From Zygophlyctis sp. KS116 (Eukaryota > Fungi > Chytridiomycota), in the NCBI GenBank assembly GCA_054661495.1, contig BAAFSQ010000189.1:1-19184 (forward strand): a stretch of DNA of 19,184 nucleotides, written 5' to 3'. Positions 11,751 through 19,184 of this stretch are shown here, in pieces (position 1 is the stretch's first letter; the number at the start of each line of letters is the position of its first letter). The notes below the pieces were generated by a model. It did not search any database, was not told the DNA's origin, and worked only from the letters and a program-made list of their open reading frames with translations. The translations under genes were made by a program, and so were the position numbers.

Positions 11751-12939
11751 TCACGCTAGGGTTACAAATTCATTTGAAATTTAGTCAAGTCTTTATAAAT
11801 TCTGAATAAGTTGAGTCGGGCTCTATCTCGAGCGGTTTTTCATATCTCCTGCATACTCTTTTCTCTTATTTCATTTCTAAGTTTTTGTTGGAGGATGAGA
11901 GTATTGATTCTACTTCTGCAAATGGAAGCATTTCACATAATTGTGAAAGTTTGATTATTTGATGAGATTCTTTTAAAAGTTTAGACAGAATTACATCCGT
12001 ATTAGTAATTTCATCCTTCTTAAAATATATTATCTTTTGAACAAGAGAAAACCCTAGGTCTCAGAACGCGACAAAGCCTTTTTGGACCAGGTGTTACAAG
12101 AATATCTGCATGATTAACGAACTCAGAACTGAATTTACATTTAAGGTTTTGATCGCGCATACAAAATTCCATTTGTGTTCTTTATCTCTAGCAGCTCTAA
12201 TCAACGGGTTACCTATGTATCAGACCACTTTCTTGCCCAATTATTCTGCTTTTTCAACTTTAACCCAAACCTACATTCCACAACAAAACGATAATTCTGC
12301 TCTAACCCTCCGCCTGATACTGACTTCGTTCAACGGCTGCTCTTCTAGCCAGTCCTAACTCCTCAAAAGTACGCGCTTTGAATTCACCACGTTCCTCAAG
12401 CATCGCCAATTCATTTAAAGGAATCATTGTGGACCGAGGTGGAGGTGGTTTAGGTGGGGTTAGTTCCTCTAAATTTTGCAGTTAGATAAATTTTAAAGAG
12501 TTCAAATTGATCTTTCAAATGCTAATCAGTTTTATTTTATTGATCATAGAACATTCAAGAAGTGGCTTATTTAGACAAGAAGTGTCTCGGGTTTTCTTTA
12601 GAAAATAATTTATTTTCTTCATGTCAATCCTGTTATAAATTGGGATTAGGGATATATTGATGTATATTGATGATGGAAAGAACATGGTTGTCGGTGTAAC
12701 TTCATTGACTAAAGGAAAACATACTGTGAATTTCTTAATTTCATTCATGGTTTTCCGTTGATGAAAGGGAACAAAGTCCAGTTTCAGTATGTGAAAAGAA
12801 GTTGTCGGGTTAGATGGTTATGATGATGTATCTAGTTTGATTGGTGGGAAAGAGCTTGACAAACCGCTCAAGTTAGATGAAATAGTTTATGTCAAATAAG
12901 TAGACATTTATCCTACTTACAGCCGGCTATGAGGATCGA

Positions 12940-13390
12940 TAATAGATTGGCGAATGCAAGAGTTTATAGCGAGCTGGATGCTTCTTGGTGAATCCAGTGG
13001 CACCAGAAGATATTGAAAATCTAACATTCAACTCGATCATACGAGTCCTTGGTAACACCGTTTGGATTAAAGAATTCACCTAGTCTGATTTTTAAATCGG
13101 TTATATTGATGTATATTGATTTACTCTACCAATTTGGATGATTATTTAAAGCGTCTAGAAATCATAGCAAAACTTTTCGACGAACCTGCAGATTAAGGAT
13201 TAGCGAGTTTTTAAAGAAGTCTGTTCTGTACTTGGGTATTAAGTTGAAAATTGAAAAGCAAAAATTGATCCAGAGAATGTTTAATTGTTAGATCAGGGCC
13301 CGTACCGACTAATTTGTCGGCTGTGCGGTCATATCTGGGGTTTTCAGGGCATTATAGAAAATTTCAGACCGTGGAAACCCCTTTATTGCA
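12940..13390 (+). mobile_element. Heavily decayed Ty3/Gypsy reverse transcriptase fragment
   Basis: Collinear RT motifs across frameshifts: LANARVYSELDA, YESLVTPFGLKNSP (PFG at 13058), SVLYLG, IDPENV, PVPTNLSAVRSYLGFSGHYRKF (from 13299), KPLY. Confidence 0.8.
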
Positions 13391-13391
13391 T

Positions 13392-13498
13392 ATAAAAAAA
13401 ATCTCCTCAGTAAAATTTGATTATATCTATACATCCAGAGTCTATAATACGATTTTTAAATCGTCATGAGCAAAATCATGATGGCTTAATCGAGCGAT
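13392..13498 (+). pseudogene. 5' piece of a DUF3987/YfjI-like putative helicase/ATPase gene, split by Crypton 2
   Basis: Reads SPQ*NLIISIHPESIIRFLNRHEQNHDGLIER and joins in frame to 15336 onward when 13499-15335 is removed. The family call rests on resemblance to the ..QP..DG(L/F)..RFL motif. Confidence 0.5.
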
Positions 13499-15335
13499 AT
13501 AAGAATATTACTTTACAGATAAAAAATTTTAAAACATGTGAGTCCGGACTTGGTCCGCTTGCAAATTTAGTGTTAATACAAAGAATGGTTTTGATAACCT
13601 ACTAAATTTCAGTTAGAACTGCTGCATCTTGCAGGATAACAGTACGAAAATATTCTATCATTTCAAAAATATTCTTCCCTATTCTGTAAGATACGTCATT
13701 ATTTACCTGCAATATCATTTGAATCGTGAGATTTTTTAAAAATTTCTTTTTGTTCGACAAATAACGAAAGAATTTTTTTTTCTATCAGGTGAGAATCCAG
13801 AGAGCACACGAACAGCCTCCCAGGGAATAGCATTATGCGCATACGCGACATTTCTAGATTTAGTTGCCCAGTGTCCCTGCTTGTCCACAGATGCTGCACT
13901 GGCACCTAAATGTTCAGCCTACACCTGTAAGAAACAATAAAACCAACCTCTGCTGCAATTTTTCTACCTGATTGAGTGACAACAGAAGTAGCGATGTCTG
14001 CTTCTAAAAATTTTTTCTTAATGTTTACGTACTGCTGGCGGTAGGACAAACTATGAGTATCTTATTTCCCCTTTAAAACAAAGATATTATACCTGAAAAT
14101 TATTAGAATTAAAAATATACCAGTTTATCTTAGCAGAAAAATCTGGGGCCAATCTTTCAAATCTAAAAAAAATAAAATGCCAAAGCTCCAATTGCACACA
14201 GAGAAGCATCTTTGTGCCTAATGATGAATGCATTGAAGCTCACATTAGTGTTGTGGTCTGCTGGACATTACCGAATTGATTTTTTTAGAACGTCTCCAAA
14301 CAGTTCTAAGCACATAAGCCCCCTTCACTCCCTCCGAATTAAAAAATTTCAGCCCAATTTCCGATATCTTCAAATTTCTGATTTGATCCCCTCGGCTGCC
14401 AAAGCTGCTGAGAGTAAAAAGTCAGCGCGGTGCTTTAAACCAACCTAGAGTAACAAACTCAATAAATACCTCAGTATTATCCTCCCAAAAACGATGACTA
14501 ATTGATTCAAATGATTGGGGAGTCACCATGTCTATCATGGTGTTTTTTCCTCTGTCCACCAATTGAAGTTCCTCCTCATTCATTTCTTCAATTTTCTTCA
14601 ACTTCAGCATTGTTGAAACTCGCTCTGGACGAGTCCACGGTGGTCCGGGGTAAGAGTTATTTGGACCTGCTGACAACTACCTATCAATTTTTGAATTTTA
14701 CCGAGTGCTGATCAGTCCACAAATTGACAATTGCATTCGCATATTGACATAAAGAAGAATAGCCAATCTTATTTTTTGTTAGATGAATCATCTGCTTGTT
14801 CTCTAATTCATGATGTGTCACCATGATTCTTCTTTCGTCTAGCACCTCTTTTGTACGTAGTTCTATCCTTCATCTCTTCTAAAAACAGAACCATTTGGTT
14901 TTCTGTCACATTACAATATTCATATCCTTTTCCTGCTGACCATTCCTATCATTAAAATTATTAATAAATATACAATGAATTCTAATGCCTTGGGGTCATA
15001 CACTCTCTTGTTAGCTGAAGGAGCAAGTGATATCTTTCTTAATTGGACCGCTTTGATAGCGGCTTGCTCTTGTAGAAAAAGAGATAATTGATTTTCTCTG
15101 ATACTTTGCATTTGAGAAGTTGCTTAGTTAGGATTATTCAATTTTTAAAAAGGAAAATTTTCCTGTGATGCGTAAGTTTTATCTTAGGTTGATACGTGAA
15201 TTTTATCTCAGGTAAAATTGCCCTTTGAAATTAATATCCCGGCTAAAATTATAGACCAGTCTGCGGACCGCTCACTTTGAGACGTAAAATTTTGCGCGTT
15301 TTTTGGGACCGGAAAAAATATACTTTATAGTAGAT
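13499..15335 (-). mobile_element. CryptonF tyrosine-recombinase transposon (Crypton 2) with both termini retained; YR pseudogene from ATG 15111 to ~13570, six tiny introns, several frameshifts, no GCR1_C
   Basis: Introns 14946-14973 (28), 14677-14701 (25), 14445-14469 (25), 14093-14120 (28), 13919-13947 (29), 13679-13706 (28). Motifs: YDPKALEFI|EWS..VTENQMVLFL, IGYSSLCQYANAIVNLW, DRGKNTMID, RGDQIRNLKISEI, RHKDASLCAIGALAFY, PDFS..W|Y, LSYRQQ, TQSGR, GHWATKSRNVAY, VRVLSGF, FRTVILQDAA. The boundaries are set by the in-frame rejoining of the interrupted gene, with GAT at both junctions. Confidence 0.88.
15175..15250. repeat. Array of three related 21-bp boxes upstream of the Crypton 2 recombinase ATG
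   Basis: 15199-15219 AATTTTATCTCAGGTAAAATT; degenerate copies at 15175-15195 (AGTTTTATCTTAGGTTGATAC) and 15230-15250 (ATTAATATCCCGGCTAAAATT). Confidence 0.65.
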
Positions 15336-16046
15336 TTTTAATAACAACATTTAATGTCGAATTTCGATCGATGTCAGAAATTAGAAGAGATTTTTTTAAG
15401 ACAGACATTTTGCGAGGTATTTTATTATACTGTTATTATATATCTATTTTATTTTATTTAATAAGGCACAGATATCCTCAAAAAAGACAGTTATCATTCC
15501 GGGAGGAGAGGCTCAAAAAATGTTTGATCAAATTTATGATGACATAAGAATTTTAAGAAAAACCTACTCAAAATTACCTACGGTAGTTCTCAGAGCTTCA
15601 AGTCTTAAAAAAAGTAAAACTGTTCATTTTAAATAATAGGAATTACAAAAAGAGGATCTATTAACTAGCTCTATATCATCAAAAACCTTTTTGAAAGCAT
15701 TTAAATTGGCTCATTTTTACATGCAACAAAGGTAAATTTATAATTGTAACTATTTAGAGTAATTTTAAGTTCGGGAAAATTGAATGAATCAAATATAACG
15801 CTCTCCTCGACTGTGAATGAGGACTTGATCTGTCCATTCAGCACCGTCATATTTATGGCTTAAAGAATACTATACTTGAATGGAAAAAAATTGGCAATTT
15901 AAGATGTTATAAGAGCAAAAAGATCAGAAAATTCAAAAATTCAAGGGATTTTCGAGCTGATTGTTCATGCCGGATTTGGAGAAATTTGCACCATTTGTAG
16001 CCTAATCAATCGAAATCGCGATGAAAATATTCTTAAATCAACTTAA
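15336..16046 (+). pseudogene. 3' piece of the DUF3987/YfjI-like pseudogene, with host-style tiny introns
   Basis: FLITTFNVEF..PGGEAQKMFDQIYDDI..YSKLPTVVLRASSL..ISSKTFLKAFKLAHFYMQQR, with introns 15614-15639 and 15732-15757 (26 nt each) and probably a third ending at 15465. Frameshifts and stops are present, and the end coordinate is approximate. Confidence 0.5.
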
Positions 16047-16066
16047 TTTAATTCTGTAACTGTAAA

Positions 16067-16086
16067 CTCTACCGCTAGCGGTAGAG
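16067..16086. repeat. Perfect 20-bp palindrome
   Basis: CTCTACCGCTAGCGGTAGAG is its own reverse complement. Confidence 0.9.
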
Positions 16087-16399
16087 GAAGGTTTAAGTTA
16101 TTTTAAAGAACCTTCGGAGCTTGATGCAACTTTGGAAGTTTTGGATTAAATCAATATAATTAATTCATATTCCTAACCCTTGCTTTATCACTAGAGATTC
16201 TAAATATTTAAATAAAAAATGTATATTTATCTAAATCTGACCATGTTTTTGGTATTTTTTTTAGCATTATACTTGTTTATAGATTCCTAAGCAAGGCCGT
16301 ATCATTTTCCATTAATTCTTAATGACTACCTTTCTTCCATAAAATATAAAGCCAAATTATAAGACTTATAAAATATATCGTCATCAATATACTTGCATG

Positions 16400-17475
16400 G
16401 TAAATTCTTTATTCTTCATGTTTAACTAAATGCCCGCATAAAAAAATTTGACTGTTAAAATTTGCACAGCTACAAACCCAGTTTGAGCTGTCAAATATGG
16501 CATCAGTCTGATTGATTCCATTCCCTCATCATGTCATAGAACCAAAGAGGAATTCTATGGTTTGCTTCTGTTTGTTTCGTTTTGAATATGAAAGACGGCA
16601 ATAGCCACCTGCAAGTTATCATTATAAAATTATTTAAATTCTATCAATTAGATAATAAAATAACAGGGTGACCAAACATTGTGAAAAAGTCCCTCTTGAG
16701 AATTCTGTAATGAGATTCAGCAAACATGGCTGTCCAATAGCGACATACATATTTTTCTTGCACTGATCGCATCCATAGACTACAACTTGATAAACTATAC
16801 GATTCAGTATATAAGTAATTAATGCAGTCAATAACTTCTTTTCTAGGCAATATTCAAACATTTCAGAAATTTCATTTTATGTTTGTTATTTTCCATCTAC
16901 GGGAATAAGTGGATGTTTGAGAAAATACCGTTTTACCATCTCAAGAATTTGACTTGTTTCATTTTTAGACGGGATTTGAGTTTTTCCCTTTAGTTGATAT
17001 AATTTTAGTTTTTGATCTAAACATGTTTCACTTTTGTCAGTAAATATTAAAATCACTTTGAAAAATCAATGACTTTTATCTCCTTTGGATCTGAAAGGCT
17101 TTTTTAATGGCCCTCAAAACATGCCATAAACAGAAATTAATAGTAGCATTTGGCCAGAAATATTGAGCCGCCCAAATTTGGCAGCGATCTTTGTCCATTT
17201 TTATGAATACAGGATTAATGCCGAATTTTTGAAGCTGAAATGATGTACCTGAATTTGACTCCTGTAAGGTCACTTACGAATCCATGCAAGTTCTGCCATT
17301 CCAGGAAATCATTAGAAATTAGAAGATAAGACTAAGTATAGAGAGCTAATTTAGTCCAAATCATCAATTACAAAACGTTTTGAACATTTAGATTTTTAAG
17401 GCATTTATAACAGAGCTTCGTAATTTTTCCGGATTGAGTAATATAAGGATAACGATTGCATTTAAGGCAGTACAT
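16400..17475 (-). mobile_element. Mutator/MULE transposase relic of fungal type, with SWIM zinc finger
   Basis: MYCLKC..GKITKLCYKC (17475-17401), GINPVFIKMDKDRCQIWAA..WPNATINFCLWHVLRAIKK, FLKHPLIP, EMFEYC, LWMRS..TAMFAESHYRILKRD and WVCSCANFNSQIFLCGHLV (SWIM, ~16425-16480). Many deletions and stops. Confidence 0.85.
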
Positions 17476-18169
17476 TCCAAATATAGGTTAATTGACCTAC
17501 ATCCTGAAATCAAGAGTATTTGAAATTTGTACGTAATGATTATTTTTTTGTATATTGGAATCGTTTTTGTAGAATATACTGTTTTATATTTACACTTTTA
17601 TTCAATTAATTTTTTCTTAAAACTTATACTTATACAATAAAAATATATATACTTCAATGTTTAGTGGCGCGTCCGCGGGGTTGGGTTAACCTAACCTGAC
17701 TAGGATATGATCGTGCTGCTGCATATCATAATTCGGCGGCTCAAGCTGTCAGAATGAATAAATATTATGGAACTAAAAAGAAAACAAAAGTATCACATTA
17801 TCATCGAAATCTAAGTCTTGAACTAAAAAAGCTAAGAGAACCTAACCCCAAAAGCGATGATAGAAACTATCGCCAACGATTGTTCCTCAAAGTATCAATT
17901 TAAGGTTAACCAACTGGAGATGGAAGTGCAAAAGGAGCCTGATGATGTTGAACCGTCGATTCAATCTAATAAGAATTTGCTGGAAGTTCCATTCCAAACC
18001 TTGAAAGAATTACTTAATTTCGAAATTGACTCTAAAATCCATTCGGAAATTAAAAGAAAAAGAGAGCTCAAACGGCTACATGTTTCCTTTTTACAAAATC
18101 AAACAAAAATACTCAAGAATATTTTTTTTTCTTCAAGCGTATTCATGTTTTCTATGAGGACCAATACCT

Positions 18170-19100
18170 CAAGATGTATGAAACTCATAATTGACTCTCG
18201 CTGCTCAGACCATATGGTGCAGGATGAAGGTATTCTTTTGAACAACCACAGTTAAGTCTTTCAAAAAACACTGCATCAGGACTAAGCAGTTCAGCAGTTC
18301 GAGATGTCGTAATATAATGAAAAACACCCAACTTTTGTTCTCAATAATGTAATTGGATGTCTTTCACTAGGATATAATCTCCTGTCTGTATCAAAGATGG
18401 TCAAGTATGGTCATTTTTGTATGATGAGGGAACTTATGTAGTAGAAAGCACATGCTTCTAAATCTTCTGACGAGCGCTAAGAAAAATGCTTAGATAACTG
18501 GAATCCTGAAGAATGAGTCAACTACCCAATCTAGTTAAAATAGCAGCTAACACCACTAATATGTCGAAAGAAAATTTTTTACGATGGCATCAAAGACTTG
18601 GCCATTCAACTACATTGACATCAGGCTTCTCGAAGAATAGTGCGCTGGATTAAAGCTTAATTGAAGTCTAGATGAGTGTGAGACATGTATCATTTCAAAG
18701 TCGAAATGGAAAACCTACCCATCATGGGAAAATCATGCAAAGCGAGCTGGAGAGATCATTCACTTTTATGTTGGTGGAATTAATTTAGTATCTGCACAAG
18801 GCAACAAATATCATTTACTGTTCGTGGATGATTTATCAAGATATAACATAATCTACTGCATCAAAAGAAAAACCCTAATAATGGTTAGGTCTGACAATGC
18901 AACACAATTTTTCATAAATAAACTGAATTCATACATCTTCATGAGAGGAGTCATTGGCTAAACTCACGAGCAGGTTGGACTAGTAGAAAGAATGAATCCC
19001 ACTATGTCAACTGCTCTTCACTGTTTTTGTTGGAATCCGGCTTTTATAAACTAATTCTTGTCTTCGTTTGATAATTGAATTAAGTTGAAAAGTTTATATC
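18170..19100 (+). mobile_element. Ty1/Copia pol relic (protease, GAG-pre-integrase, integrase)
   Basis: IIDSRCSDHM (protease), YNLLSVSKM, WHQRLGH (~18585), CETCIISK, AGEIIH, LLFVDDLSRY, VRSDN and GLVERMN, in Copia order and broken by stops and frameshifts. Confidence 0.88.
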
Positions 19101-19184
19101 TTTGGTTATATAAAGATATCCGGTTTCCCAGACTCTAACAGTTTGAAAAGACCTCTAAATCTTGTATTCTTAATCTCTGAAATT

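Noticed and set aside
10233-15335. One 5-kb composite element bounded by direct repeats
   Set aside because: The in-frame rejoining at 13498/15336 places the other end of Crypton 2 at 13499, so the two motif copies are better read as ends of two separate, oppositely oriented Cryptons.
17679-17700. Telomere-like TTAGG/CCTAA repeat
   Set aside because: Only one to two units, better explained as part of a palindrome.
17857-18255. 132-aa ORF as a functional gene
   Set aside because: Its end is the degenerate Copia protease motif (IIDSRCSDHM), so it is a chance-open part of the retroelement relic.

Overview
Eukaryotic, AT-rich genomic DNA in the standard code, most likely from an early-diverging fungus (inferred from protein character and CryptonF elements). 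It has two sharply different halves. Bases 1-5.7 kb hold five housekeeping genes: TatD DNase (5' partial), AP-2 mu adaptin, adenylate kinase, WDR48/UAF1 and U2 snRNP A'. They are separated by only 1, 50, 6 and 80 nt and are interrupted by 15 GT-AG introns, all 25-28 nt long, whose removal restores full-length proteins. Bases ~6.3-19.2 kb are a graveyard of deletion-riddled transposon relics: two Ty3/Gypsy, two divergent CryptonF tyrosine-recombinase elements, a Helitron-type Pif1 fragment, a MULE, a Ty1/Copia, and an intron-containing DUF3987-like pseudogene. The most informative structure is Crypton 2 (13499-15335). Its removal precisely rejoins the split gene (DGLIER|FLITT), which defines both termini. 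Its 5' end shares a 21-bp palindromic box and a 22-bp terminal motif with the 3' end of Crypton 1. All protein identifications come from motif recognition by eye; no searches were run.
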